Source: Chiloscyllium plagiosum
Lineage: Eukaryota
Reading direction: 5' to 3'
Length of the DNA stretch: 29,608 bases
NCBI RefSeq assembly: GCF_004010195.1
Contig: NC_057718.1
Coordinates: 89,958,128-89,987,735, forward strand
In this document: piece after piece, positions 1-11,810 of the stretch
Numbering within the stretch: position 1 is the first letter of the stretch
Layout: the number at the start of each line of letters is the position of its first letter
Notes under the pieces: generated by a model
Seen by the model: the letters and a program-made list of their open reading frames with translations, nothing else
Database searches by the model: none
Told to the model about the DNA's origin: nothing
Translations under genes and position numbers: made by a program

Positions 1-73
1 TCAATGAAACAGTGGAGCAGTTCGACGAGATGAATTTCCAGCGAGTGAATGAACTGCTGCGTCACCCTTGGAG
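1..73 (-). CDS. URB2: URB2 coding exon 4 (partial, runs off window)
   Basis: Strong acceptor gttgttttctgtgcctctccAG (AG at 75-74). Joined in phase 1 to the large exon, it reads open to the window edge: (A)PRVTQQFIHSLEIHLVELLHCFI. Confidence 0.75.
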
Positions 74-249
74 CTGGAGAGGCACAGAAAACAACTTGGT
101 TACATTTGCACGATGGAAAGGAGAGCAGTTTAAAAGCTGAAGTATGCTAACATTGCACTCGCTTTATAGAGACGGAGAAATGAACAGGAAACAGTTTGAT
201 GCATCATAAATGTCCCATCACGCAACAAGATTTATACAATCTTTCAGAT

Positions 250-801
250 GCCACATTTGGAGTATTGAGTGCAGTTTTGGGCCCTATATCTCAGGAAGGA
301 TGTATTGGCCCTGGAGCACGTTCAGAGGACGTTCACGAGAATGGCCCCAGGAATGGAAAGCTTAATATATGAGGAACATTTGAGGACTCTGGGTCTATAC
401 TTGATGGAGTTTAGAAGGATGAGAGGGGATCTAATTGAACATACGGAATACTGAATGGCCTGGACAGAGTGGATGTTGGGAAGATGTTTCCATTGGTAGG
501 AGAGACTAGAACCTGAGGGCACAGCCTCAGAGTAAAGGGAAGACCTTTTAGAAAGGAGCTAAGGAGAAACTTCTTCAGACAGAGAGTGGGGAATCTGTGG
601 AATTCATTGCCACAGAAGGCTGCGGAGGCCAGGTTATTGAGGATATTTAAGACTGAGATGGATAGGTTCTTGAGTATCAAGGGGATCAAGGGTTACAGGG
701 AGAAAGGGGGAGAATGGGGTTGAGAAACTTATCATTCATAATTGAATGGTGAAGTAGACCTGATGGGCTGAACGGTCTAATTTCTGCTCCTATGTCTTAT
801 G
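250..801 (+). mobile_element. CR1 LINE 3' fragment
   Basis: Decayed ORF2 C-terminus (PHLEY.VQFW...LEHVQRTFTRM.PG...YEE.LRTLGLY..EFRRMRGDLIE), then 3' UTR and TATGTCTTATG tail. Confidence 0.9.
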
Positions 802-809
802 CATCAGCA

Positions 810-1112
810 GGCCTCCAGCATCTTCCAAACCTACAACCACTTCCATCCAGATGGACAAGAGCAGCAGAAACATGAGAACATCATCCCCTGCAAGTTTCTG
901 TCCAAGCCAGTCACCCTCCTGACTTAGAAATAGATTGTCATTCCCTCACTGTCATTGGGTCAATGTCCCTTTGTAACAGCACTGTGGGCGTTGCTGCATC
1001 ACAAGAATTGCAGCAGCTTAAGGAGGGAGCTCACCAGCACCTCCTTCAGGGCTGGACAATAAATGCTGGCCCAGCCAGTAACACCCACATCCCGTGAAAG
1101 AACCAAAAGAAT
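810..1112 (+). mobile_element. LINE 3' end, family unassigned
   Basis: Ends in CAATAAATGCTGGCC...CACATCCC plus an A-rich tail. The same tail recurs at ~13645-13695. Confidence 0.6.
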
Positions 1113-1224
1113 AAGAAATTCAAAATCTGTGGTAGCCCTTGCTCTCCATCATGGATTCATACAGATTCCAATTTGTACCCTCCACTGGCTGTCCAGGATT
1201 TCATTCTGAGATTCACCCATTAAC

Positions 1225-1735
1225 CGTGTCCTAAAGCACTGTCTCCTCCTTTAAGGTGCTCCTTATAGAATCATAGATCCCAACAATGTGGAATCAGGCC
1301 ATTCGGCCCATTGAGTCCACACCACCCATGCGAACAGCATCCCATCCAGGCCCACCCTCTTACCCTACGTTTCCCTTGGTTAACTCACCTATCTGCAAAT
1401 CCCTGGCAATTTAGCACAGCCAATCCACACTAACCTGCACATTGTGGGAGGAAACCAGAGCACTCGAAGGTAACCCCACACAGACACGGGGAGAATGTGC
1501 AAACTCCACACAGACAGTCGCCAGAGGCTGGAATCAAACCCAGGTGCCTGGTGCTGTGAGGCAACAATGCGAACAATTGAGTCACCATGCCATCCTAACC
1601 TACTTCTTTGACCAAACTTACAGTTGCCACTCCTAATATTACCTCCCGTGGTTCGGTGTCAGACTTTGATAATGCTGATGTGAGGTGATTTCTGTGGGTA
1701 TTTTACATCATTAAAGCGCTTATCAATGCAAATTA
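1225..1735 (+). mobile_element. L2-like LINE 3' end, split by a SINE
   Basis: ctcctttaaggtgctcctt | aacctacttctttgaccaa joins across the SINE and resembles the L2-type tails at ~5140-5280 and ~25440-25613. Confidence 0.6.
1265..1595 (-). mobile_element. tRNA-derived SINE (HE1/V-SINE type)
   Basis: Reverse complement aligns with the copy at 14674-14994 (A/B-box head, GTGTGGAGTTTGCACATTCTCCCCGTGTCT core, CR1-like tail). Confidence 0.9.
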
Positions 1736-2090
1736 TCCTGAGCCAGTCAAACACTTGGTGAGCATTTGTACACCACGGTGTCACAGAACTGAAAGCATCT
1801 ACGATTCGAGAAGGATTTGTGGAATAGAAGGGTGTGTGGGTGTAACCAAAGGAACATTTTAACATATTTTCCAAACATCTGACCTTTTATAAAGAAAAGC
1901 ATGGTATAAGGAAAGGTAAAATGATGATGATTGAGACACACATTTGGTGGTAGGATGGTGGGGGGGGGGGGGAAACTGGATATATTCTGGTTCAAAGTGT
2001 CACAAATGCAACCTGGAGCCAAACTCACTGAAGGCAATCAATTAATTTGTTGTAGGAATTCTCAATATAAACAGCTCATGCTGTAATTAC

Positions 2091-3272
2091 ACAGAACATA
2101 ACAGCGCAGTATAGGCCCTTCGGCCATCGATGTTGTGCTGACCCGTGAAACCGATCTGAAGCCCAACTAACCTACGCTACTCCATTATCAATCATATATT
2201 TATCCAATTACCATTTAAATGCCCTTAAAGTTGGTGAGTCTACTAATCTTGCAGGCAGTGCATTCCATGCCCTTATTACTATGAGTAAAGAACCTACCTC
2301 TGACATCTGTCCGATGTCTATCACCCCTCAATTTAAAGCTATGTCCTCTTATGCTAGCCATCACCATTCAAGGAAAAGGGCTCTCACTGTCGTCCCTATC
2401 TAATCCTCGGATCATCTTGTATGCCTCTATTAAGACATCTCTTAACCTCATTGTCTCTCTAACGAAAACAGCCTCAAATCCCTCAGCCTTTCCTCATAAG
2501 ACCTTCTGTCCACACTAGGCAACATCCTGGTAAATCTCCTCTGCACCCTTTCCAACACTTCCATATCCTTCCTATAATGCGGTGACCAGAACTGTATGCA
2601 GTACTCCAAGTGAGGCCGCACCAGAGTCTTGTACAGCTGCAACATGACCTCATGGCTCTGAAACTGAGTCTCTTTACCAATAAAAGCTAACACACCGTAC
2701 ACCTTAACAACCGATCAACCTGGGTGGCAACTTTCAGGGATCTATTCACATGGACACCAGAGATCTCTCTGCTCATCCACCCAACCAAGAATCTTACCAT
2801 TAGCCCAGAGCTCTGTATTCCTGTTCCTCCTTCCAAAATGAATCACCTCACTTTTCCGCATTTAATTCCATTTGCCACCTCTCAGCCTAGCTCTGCAGCT
2901 TATCTATGTCTCTCTGTAACCTGCAACATCCTTCCGCACTGTCCATAAGTCCACCAACTTTAGTGTTGGCCGCAAATTTACTAACCCATCCTTCTACACC
3001 CTCATCCAAGTCATTTATAAAGATGACAAACAGCAGTGGCCCCAAAACTGATCCTTGTGGCACACCACTAGTAACTGATCTCTGGGATGAACATTTCCCA
3101 TCAATCACCACCCTCTGCCTTCTTTCAGCTAGCCAATTTCTGATATAAAGCGCTAAATCACCCTCAATCTCATGCCTCAGTATTTTATGCAATAGTCTAC
3201 CGTGGGGAACCTTATCAAATACTTTACTGAAATCCATATACACCGCACCTACTGCTTTACCCTCATCCATCT
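2091..3272 (-). mobile_element. CR1 LINE, 5'-truncated (RT domain to 3' tail)
   Basis: ORF pieces [42 protein letters not shown] (decayed FADD) and LYKTLVRPHLEYC, separated by stops and frameshifts. Confidence 0.95.
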
Positions 3273-3807
3273 GTTCTGCAGAGGCATTAGAGGGTCTTCA
3301 AAGGATCATGGGTACATTATTAGTGTCCCATAGACAGTTTCCATTTTAAATCCTCTGCCTGTATTTGTAAGGAAATATTTGAAAGAAATTCTGCAGAGAT
3401 TCAAGGTTAATATATTGCAAATCAATAATGCGGCAGTACCTGCCATTGCTCATCGCTCCAGAACATAGCCAATCTCTTAAAGAACATAAAATGCAATGTA
3501 TAAATCAGACTAATTCAAATGGAAGCAGTCTTTTGCCAGTTGGCAGCCTGAGTAATCAGTGCAACGAATACAGCCAGACTGTGCAGGAAGCCTTTTTTGG
3601 AGCATCACACTGCAGTTTTAGGGGTTCTTATCAAACAGTCATACAGCACAGAAACAGGCCCTTCTGCCCAACTGGTCCATGCCGACCAGTGAAGCGGTTT
3701 CTCTTTTGTCCTCAACTTGTGGGATGTCGGTAGGCCTGGCCTGGTTAGGATCTCCTGTCTGCCAAGTCTGCACAGAATGTTCAGAACTTGCTATTTCTAT
3801 AGCTGCT

Positions 3808-5285
3808 GCCACATGTACACTGACAGTGTCCAGCTTGAGCTCAGCACCACCCTTCTTGTCTCTCAGCTGGCTGATTTCACATCCAGTACTGAAGCAGGAA
3901 ATATGCCAGTAGTTTGCAGCTCTGCAGAAGAGTTGTATTCAACTCAAAAGAGAGAACTTTCCTCCAGTAAGTCAGTATGGGTGAGACTCTAGCCGCTGTC
4001 TTCAGCCTCTGCTCTGAATTCTGTTCCCCAGCTCCTAACTCCATCCTCTCTCTGGCAACTGTCTTTGGCTGAACCAGACTGTTGGCAACCTTTGTGTTAT
4101 ATCTGACTGAGAGGAGCATCAGTTATATATATCTGTGCCATTGCTAAGATCGCCTATTTCCACTTTAGTAACATCCATTTCAGCTCACCTGCATCTGAAA
4201 CTTTCACCCGTGCTTTCATTGTCGCTAGGCTTGGCTATTCCAACATACTCCTCTCATCAGCTACTTTAGATAAACAGAACTCGTAAATACTTGTAGGCAA
4301 ATGAAATGTTAGCATTCTTTTCAAGAGGGTTAGAACACAAGAGCAGACATATACTGCTGAGGCTGTATAAGGCTCTGGTCAGACCGTATTTGGAACATTG
4401 CGAGCAGTTTTAGGCCCCGTATCTAAGGAAGGATGTGCTGGCGTTGGAGGGGTCCAGAGGAGATTCTCAAGAATAATCCCAGGGATGAAGGGCTTGTCAT
4501 TTGAGGAGGGGTTGAGGACTCTGGGTCTGAACTTGAAGGATGAGGGGGAATCTGATTGAAACGTACATAATACTGACAGGCTTGGATAGAGTAGCTGTGG
4601 GGAAGATGTTTCCACTAGTTGGAGAGACTAGGACCCTGGGGCACAGCCTCAGAGTAAAGGAATGATTCTTTAGAACAGAGATGAGGAGACATTTCTTCAG
4701 CCGGAGGTTGGTTAATCTATAGAGCTCATTGTCACGGACAACTGTGGAGACCAAGTGATTGAGTATTTTTAAGACAGATAGATAGGTTCTTGATTAGTAA
4801 GGGGATCAAGGGTTACAGGGAGAAGGCAGGAGAATGGGTGGAGAAACAGATCAACCATGATTGAATAGTGCAGCAAACACAATGGGCTGAATGGCCTAAT
4901 TCTTATGGTCTTATGTACTCAAATTGTCAATCAACAAAGACCTTGATTTTAAAAATTCTCACTTTTTTTTCCAAAACCCTCTCAAATTTGGCTTCTCCCT
5001 TCCCAATCTCAGTATTCTCCACCAGCCTCTCGACCGCCCGAGACCTCGGTGTTTCCCCAATTCCAGCATTTTCACGTTGATGGCCACACCTTCGGCTATC
5101 AAGGCCACTGAATTTCCTCCTGAAACCAATCTAGCTCTCCTTCCTTTCAGACACTCCTTAAAACCCCACCTCTTTGGACCAAGCGTTTGGTCAGATGTCC
5201 TGATTATTTCTTTATGTGGCTTAGTGTCAAATCTCGTTTCATAAGAACTCCTACCTTGGATCATTTTATTATGGTAATTAAATTT
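3808..5285 (+). mobile_element. Old L2-like LINE fragment interrupted by a CR1
   Basis: Decayed motifs HMYTDSVQL (cf. HMYADDTQL), NQTVGNL, IAYFHF and RLGYSNILL at ~3808-4282. It resumes at ~4916 with DFKNSH and LKPHLF, then the 3' tail. Confidence 0.7.
4294..4915 (+). mobile_element. CR1 LINE 3' fragment nested in L2
   Basis: LRLYKALVRPYLEHCEQF motif and TCTTATGGTCTTATG tail. Same subfamily as 250-801. Confidence 0.9.
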
Positions 5286-5541
5286 AATGAATTGAGCTAC
5301 ATTCGCATCTTCAAAACAGACGCAAACAACGATTTGAAAAGGAAATTTGCTGCGGACTCGATGGAATGAAACCTTTCAGGGCGACAGTCAAGAGCAGGGG
5401 TATGGGATCATCTGCATGTCCCCACGGAGAGCTGGAATGGACTCACTGGGCCAAATGGCCTTGTTCAGTGCCATAAATGACTCTGATGTGAGGTGTTGTC
5501 ACCATTTACATTATGTACTTTGAATAAGACAAGCTGTTTAC

Positions 5542-8500
5542 CTGCGAGCAAGGCTTTTAGAGCACTGAGAACAGAGGGGATGCCAGTCTCGTTATCACAG
5601 CCAGAGCAAAGCTCGGAGGTTGAACTGTAGATCCGTAAAAAGTCGAGTTGCTTTTGGAGTGATTCTGGATCATCAGGGAAAGAGGGAAGTCGGCGAAGAA
5701 CTTGAAAACATGTCCTCTGGTACAAGTCAGCGTGTTTCAAGCTCTGTGTGCCTCCACTCCCTCTCTCATGGACCACACTGCCGTCCTCCCGGTCTGCACC
5801 ACCCTCCTCCTCCTCTCTCAGGCACAATTCTATTTCCAGGAGGGCAGTAATGCCAAACACAGTCAGATTCTGCTCTAATCTTCCGTCCCTGTCCGAATGG
5901 GACTGAAGAACTGGACCCAGGAGCCCTGCGAGCTGGGTGAGCAGGGAGTGCAGAGAGTTGCCCGTGTGCTTGTCAGGTTGTAGTGGGGCCTGTATGACAA
6001 CCCGACTCAAGGCCGACAGGGCAGTGATGAGCAGCTGCTCAGTCGCCGGTCTCCACTTCTTGCTTCTCGCTGAGGATAGCCAGGCGTTGGAGAGGAAAGC
6101 AATAAACTGCTCCAGGTTCAGTCGCATGCTTTGCTTCCGTTCAACGATGGTCTGGATGGAGACAGTCAGGAACCTCTGGACAGCGTCCAGGAACTCCGGC
6201 CAGGCCGGATACTCTGCGCAGGAGGCCAACCTGCTGCCCGCCGGAAACAGGGAGGCCGTCACCTTCTCCAGGATGTCGCCAGCGTGTGCCAGTTTGAAGA
6301 CTGCGTTCCGGCTGGTGCCCGTCTGCAGGACGGCGAGGAGGGAGTAGGACCGACTCAGCGCCTGCAGACATTTGGAAGCGTTGGCCTTTTCCGGTTTAGG
6401 CTTGAGGGCCGTGACCAGGGACGCCAGCAGAACAAAGCAACGGAGGTGGTCATAGCAGGGCAGGCTGTCCAGCCTTAGGCCACCAAGAAGGTCTAAAACC
6501 CACAGGAGGTGATCCAGTTGAGTCTTGGAAAAGGTGTGGGTCGATGGGCTTTTAACCAACAGCACATTCGGAATGTTAAGAAGTGAACTCCGTTGAGGGG
6601 ACATGGGCTGGGATCCCAGTGACTCAGAAACGCTGCTCTGCTGGTTATCAGCCTCTTGACTGGCATCAACATCATCACTGAGGAGGCACATGGGCAGGTT
6701 AAACCTGGTGTCCGGTAGCAGGTCACTCACCCCTTCCATTAGACGCAGTAAAACGCCATGGTGCAGTGGCGGCATTTCCGGGAGCAGGCTGCTGCGGAGC
6801 AGGCTCCTGCACATCGCCGGGATGGAAACCTGGTTTTCCGAGTCTTGATCCTGCTCCGCGGCCTCCCGCAGCAACAGGTTCGCCGTCACCACGTCTGCCA
6901 AGTGGGCGATCTCGGGCTCGGGGAGATGGGGCAGCAGCAGGGCAATGTTCGATGTGACCAGGTGCCAGTGCGCCACGGCATACGTTTCGTCGTCGATGGA
7001 GCTGATCTCCCCGTCCCAGGCCTGGGCGCCGGCGTTTTTGACCGCGTCCTTCCCCGACTGCACAACAGACACCGCAGCGGATCTCAGCGACATCTCCTGC
7101 GCCTCAGTCCGCGAGCCGGGCCGCATCATGACGCTCTTCATTTCCTGGATCGCCAGCAGCTGCAGGAAGTGGCGGCTCAACGCGTCGTTCCAGCCCTCCC
7201 GAGGGAGCCCGCTGCCAAGGCTCCACACCTCGGCCTCAGCGTCTCCCGGCGAGACATACTTGCTGCAGTTCAACCTCAACATGTGATCCAGCTCCAGCCA
7301 AGTGGAGCGGAGGATCAGGACTGAGCTCTCAGCCCTCAGGGCCCACGGGGATGAGTCTTTGCCAGAGGGGTCCTTGACCACGCGAAAGAGAGGTGTCACC
7401 ACCGCTCGCATCGTCTTATCCATCAGACGCTGCGTGCGTGTAATGATCGGCACTGGTGTTTTGTCGTCCAGGCTCTTCATGTTGAAAAGGACAGCGTTCA
7501 GCAGAGTGCTCACCGCCAGAGCTTTCAATGCCGTGTCCACGTTCCCGGTTAGATCCGGAATGAAGGCTTCCAGACAGTTCAACATCAGGTCCCAGATATC
7601 CAGGGCTTGACCAGACGGAAGCTTCAATAGGCATTCGTGGAGCTTCTCAGTGAGGCCAACCCACAGGACGGGCCGCCTCAATTCATCTGCGGCTGGCCGA
7701 GAGATGATGGCCAACACCTCCTGGAATAGCCTTGGCAGCTGCCGCAGTTTGGTGTACGTTTCAAAGAGGGTGCACAGCAGCGATTCCTGGGCTCTGCGGA
7801 CCCGCGGGTCACTGATGTCAGCGTCCACCCACGCCAACGACACCAGGTCGTCCAGATTCGGCTCCACGATCAAATGATTCAGCAGGATCAATGTCCTCAG
7901 GCACCTGAACCAGGCCGGTGCCTCCTGACGGGGGTGGGACAGCAACATTACCGCCACCCTGCAGTACAGGGCAAACTGCACTCCCCCACACCGGATTTTG
8001 TCCACGGCGACATTGTAGACGTCGCTGCCCAGGATAGAGTTCAGCAGCTGGTCCAGGGCCAGTAACCCGGGATTCCAGTCTGCAGGCTCCTGTCCAGTTC
8101 CATGATCCAATGGTGTAGGGAAGCCCAGGGTGCCAAGGAATCTGGCGAAAATGTGGAAACAGAGCAGATGATTCCCCTCCCTGCAGTAAGCCTCGAGAGA
8201 GAGTCTGTAGAGCAGCGGGACTGAGCCCGCTACGACAGCGGAGTGCAGTTGCAGACCAAAGAGGCTAGTGTCGGTCAACTTGGACAGCATTGTTTCGACA
8301 GGGGCTACCAAGTCCTTGGATGAGCTAGCCGTCTTTTCCTGCGATCTGTTGTCTTGCAGCAGCTCTTGCCTGTAAGAGTTCAGGAGATCGGTGTGGAACA
8401 GGCCGCTCTGGAGGGCGGTCTGGATCCTCTGACACACCTCCTTGCTGAGGTGCTGCCGCACGGCTGCCACGTCCTCGCCTGTCCAGCACCTCGAGCACAG

Positions 8501-8851
8501 CCGCTGCCTCAGGAGCAGAAAGGGCTGCAGGAGGGGGCTGCAGACCTGCAGGAAGACCCGGCACCGGTTGCACTGCTGCCTCTGAGTGACGAGGTACAGG
8601 TCAAATGCCAGCAGGAGGACGTCGAAGAGCTGCGTAGAGCGCAGGGCCTCCGTCGGCTTTAACCTCGAGCACAGCAGCACTGACAGCCTGCACAGCAGAT
8701 CCACCAGCAGCTCCCACTTGCTGCTGTAGATGAGAGCGAAGGCAGGAGAGGTCAGAATACCATGACAGCAGCTCAGCACCGTCGCTAGGTTTGATGGGCT
8801 GGCATTCAGTCGTCCTTCGCTGGAATGTTCCTCAATCCGATCATTTATAAT
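5542..8851 (-). CDS. URB2: URB2 (unhealthy ribosome biogenesis protein 2 homolog) large coding exon 3, 3310 bp
   Basis: Acceptor tttcAG at 8853-8852; starts IINDRIEE, 24 codons upstream of and in frame with the 1104-aa ORF; donor GCAG|GTAAAC at 5541-5540 (phase 1). Motifs CCHGILTSPA, DVYNVAVDKIR, AWFRCLRTLILLNHLIVEPNLDDL and YTKLRQLPRLF match vertebrate URB2 as recalled. Confidence 0.93.
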
Positions 8852-9061
8852 CTGAAATTAAAATTTTATAAGTTTGCAATATTTCTCAGACAGGCGTTGA
8901 CATTTCATATTAAATACTGAAATATGCTTTCAAATTAATCAAGAAAGTTTACAAACGTGTTATAAAATACATGTGATTTATGGCAAGCAGATCGTTTGAC
9001 CCAAGGGTCTTTATTGGTGTTTTTGCATTCCACGCAAGTCTCTTCCTTCCCCACTTCACTG

Positions 9062-9425
9062 ATAGATTCATAGATTCCTTACGTTGTGGAAGCAGGCCAT
9101 TCGGCCCATCGAGACTACACTGACCCGCCAAAGAGCATCCCACCCAGACTCAACCCTATCTCTGTAATCTTGCATTTCCAATGGTTAATCCAGCTAGTCT
9201 GCACACCCCTGGACACTATGAACAATTTAGCATGGCCGTTTGGCCAATCCAACTAACCTGCACATCTTTAGACTGTGGGAGGAAACCGGAGCACCCGAAG
9301 GAAACCTTTATAGACACAGGGAGAACATGCAAACTCCACACAGAGTGTTGTCCAAGGCTGGAATCGAACCCAGGTACCTGGTACTGTGAGGCAGCAGTGT
9401 TAACCACTCAGCCACCATGCTGCTC
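9062..9425 (-). mobile_element. tRNA-derived SINE (HE1/V-SINE type)
   Basis: Reverse complement aligns along its length with 14674-14994. Confidence 0.9.
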
Positions 9426-10359
9426 CTATTTCACTCCATCAAGAGATCCTGTCACCTTCTCCCTAATGTGGTTACCTAGTTTCTTCTTCAATCCCTCCAT
9501 GCCATTTGCCTCAAACACTCCCAATTTCCTGTCTGCTCAAAAACCTGGACGATAAGTCTAGATCCATTCAAGAAGAAAATAGAGGCCTCCAAAATGAAAT
9601 GGTGAAGTCGTTTGCTAACAATTCAATATAGGGACGGTAAGATAAGTGGTGTCTGTAATTGCTACAGCAAACAGAATGCAAGCAGCAACATCTGGAAGAA
9701 ACAATGTCAGTATTTCAGCTATTTCGTCAGTGCTGAAAATTTATAGATACTGTCCTGTGGGCAAAATGGAAGGCAGCAGAAAGAGATGCTGTTTGATGAT
9801 ATGAATATTATAGAGTTTACAGTGGATATAACAGGATGGTGTAAGATTGAGATACCACAACCAGCAGAAACTATGGTCAGAGTAATGGCAGGCAGCAGCA
9901 CCTGTACAAGGGCCATCTGATAGTGAGCTAAGTCTACTAACACCTTCATGAGACTGAACAGATCAGAAATAAAGCAAAGGTCACCGCGTCCCACAGCCTT
10001 CTCTTCATCTCCAGCCTGTTCAGTCCCTTGGAAGTTGAAAAGCACTTTTAATACTTGTGTTGTTCAGGTACTTTGCATTTCCAGTATATCCATTAATTCT
10101 TAACAACATAACTTTTTTTTTTGAACTTGTGAGCATGAGAGCCCAGGTGTGATCAGGCCCTGCGAGCTGCTGACAGATGTACCTATCTATCAGAAAGCCC
10201 TCAGACAGCCAGGACATGGGTCAAGACATTGCAACAGGAAGAGGCGCTTCATCCCCTCTCTTCAAGCCTATTTCACAGGTCTCACCTTAAACCAGTGTCG
10301 TAGAGCGCTGGGCACTGGCCTTTTTCACCTTGCCTTACTGGTTGACTGTTACAATACAG

Positions 10360-11245
10360 TCAAGTCCCACCAGAGAGAGGCTACACAGAATCTAGGCTGA
10401 CAGTGGACTGACGGAGTGCTGCATTGACGGAGGAGCCTTCTTTTAGGTGAAATATAATTCAGATATCCCTTCCGCCCTCTCAAGTAAATATAAAAAGATC
10501 CTACGGCAATATTTCCAAAATTATCTTTGCCCAGTGTTATGGACCAGACCAAACCCTCTCAAAATATATTAAGGAGGTAACCTAGATCCTAATTTTTCCT
10601 TATTTTAAAGGGAAATATCAAGTGCTGAGTTTCAGCTGCAGTTCCATTTGTCAAACTACTTGATGTTAAGCGAAACACAATTTATTCAAACACTACGGTT
10701 AACATACAACCAAAGAAAGAAGGACTTGGAATAACTTAAAATAATAATAGATATAGTTAAGTATTACTACTTAACTATTCCAACAGACTGAATTTAGCAG
10801 ACGGGAAAGATTCACTGCTTTCAAACCCTGCTGACACCCAACAATTGCTGAAAGCCAACAAAAAAATCTTGGATCTGTGAGAGCTTAACCACACCCATTC
10901 AGGCAGCTTCTATTGTTTCAACTTTTTAACAAAACCCAAGGCCTCACAAGTTGTTTATCTTCTCATAGACTGCACATCACCTTTCCCCCAATCTCACTCT
11001 AAACGAAACCAGGTCAAAACAAACCTCTTAAAGCCACAGCATCATCATACCAGTGTCCTGTCAAATATTTATCTTCAAATGTACATCATCAAACAAGTTC
11101 TCTGGTCTTGATGCATTGCTGTTTTGAGGATGCTAACTTGTTTGCATATTCCCTACTAGACAGCAGTGACCATGAAAATGTTTTGGTGCCTGTAAAACAT
11201 TTCAGGAGGTCCCAAATGACGCTATATAAATGCAAATTTTTTTTT
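10360..11245 (+). mobile_element. Deu-domain SINE (SacSINE1-like) split by a solo LTR
   Basis: 5' half caagtcccac...tctaggctgaca...ggagtgctgca...aaaagatcc, and 3' half gtgtcctg..aaatatttatc...cgctatataaatgcaa, resemble the recalled SacSINE1/AmnSINE-type consensus. A related copy lies at ~13530-13790. Confidence 0.65.
10535..11049 (-). mobile_element. Solo LTR (515 bp)
   Basis: Begins TGTTATGG and ends TCATA (decayed CA); 4-bp TSD CCAG at 10531-10534 and 11050-11053; minus-strand AATAAA at ~10681-10686. The same terminus recurs at 29097. Confidence 0.75.
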
Positions 11246-11380
11246 AAGCATACCAAATTCAATAGTCATCAATTATCCCACTTCTGTCAGAACTAAGTTA
11301 ACTAGGCTAGAGGGAAACGGTTATTAATGACAATAGATTTATGTCACTGTGATGTACAAAGGTACTTTGAGTTATTTTAC

Positions 11381-11557
11381 CTGTGCAATGGTGGCATGAA
11401 GAGTGATAATCTTCCCTTTCTCAATCAGTTTCTGCAACTTTTTGCTATGAAGAATATCATCCAGATAAATCCAGAGACCCTCCAGAATTTCATCTCCAAA
11501 CTGTAGCTTTTTACTGTAATAGCCAGTCAATGCACGACTTACCCAATCCACTAAAAC
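11381..11557 (-). CDS. URB2: URB2 coding exon 2 (177 bp)
   Basis: AG at 11559-11558 and GT at 11380-11379, phase 0/0. Translates VLVDWVSRALTGYYSKKLQFGDEILEGLWIYLDDILHSKKLQKLIEKGKIITLHATIAQ, matching URB2. Not in the supplied ORF track. Confidence 0.93.
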
Positions 11558-11810
11558 CTTTGTGTTTGAAAGAAAATGAAGTAGATTAGTACTTTTTAAA
11601 AAATCCTCCCAGATATTTGGTTTCCATTTAGAAGGTTAAGTCAGCAGATATACTAAAAATAACACCGTGAAATTGTGTGCTTTGTACAAGATTTTAAACA
11701 CCCTGGAGATGGATATTTATGCCACTTATAGTTTCTTTTCTTACTCTGGGGAAGAGGTCTGAAGAGGTACTCAGCAGACAAAAAGAACTCTTCACTGAGC
11801 TTTATTCTTT

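Noticed and set aside
1960..1972. G13 run / G-quadruplex
   Set aside because: An isolated intronic homopolymer with no supporting context.
3440..3473. Candidate small URB2 exon (AG|ATTGGCTA...CAG|GTACTG)
   Set aside because: 34 nt would shift the frame and the acceptor is weak. The exon at 1-73 fits phase and sequence better.
5620..8662. Plus-strand and alternative-frame ORFs overlapping the large exon (up to 188 aa)
   Set aside because: Expected shadows of GC-rich coding sequence; no recognisable motifs.
5465..8779. The 1104-aa ORF as a stand-alone intronless gene
   Set aside because: It starts at GTG and is bounded by good splice sites at 8852 and 5541. It is an internal URB2 exon, and its last 25 codons are intron.
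11757..11792. CTGAAGA as another hammerhead core
   Set aside because: No convincing stem II or GAAA follows.
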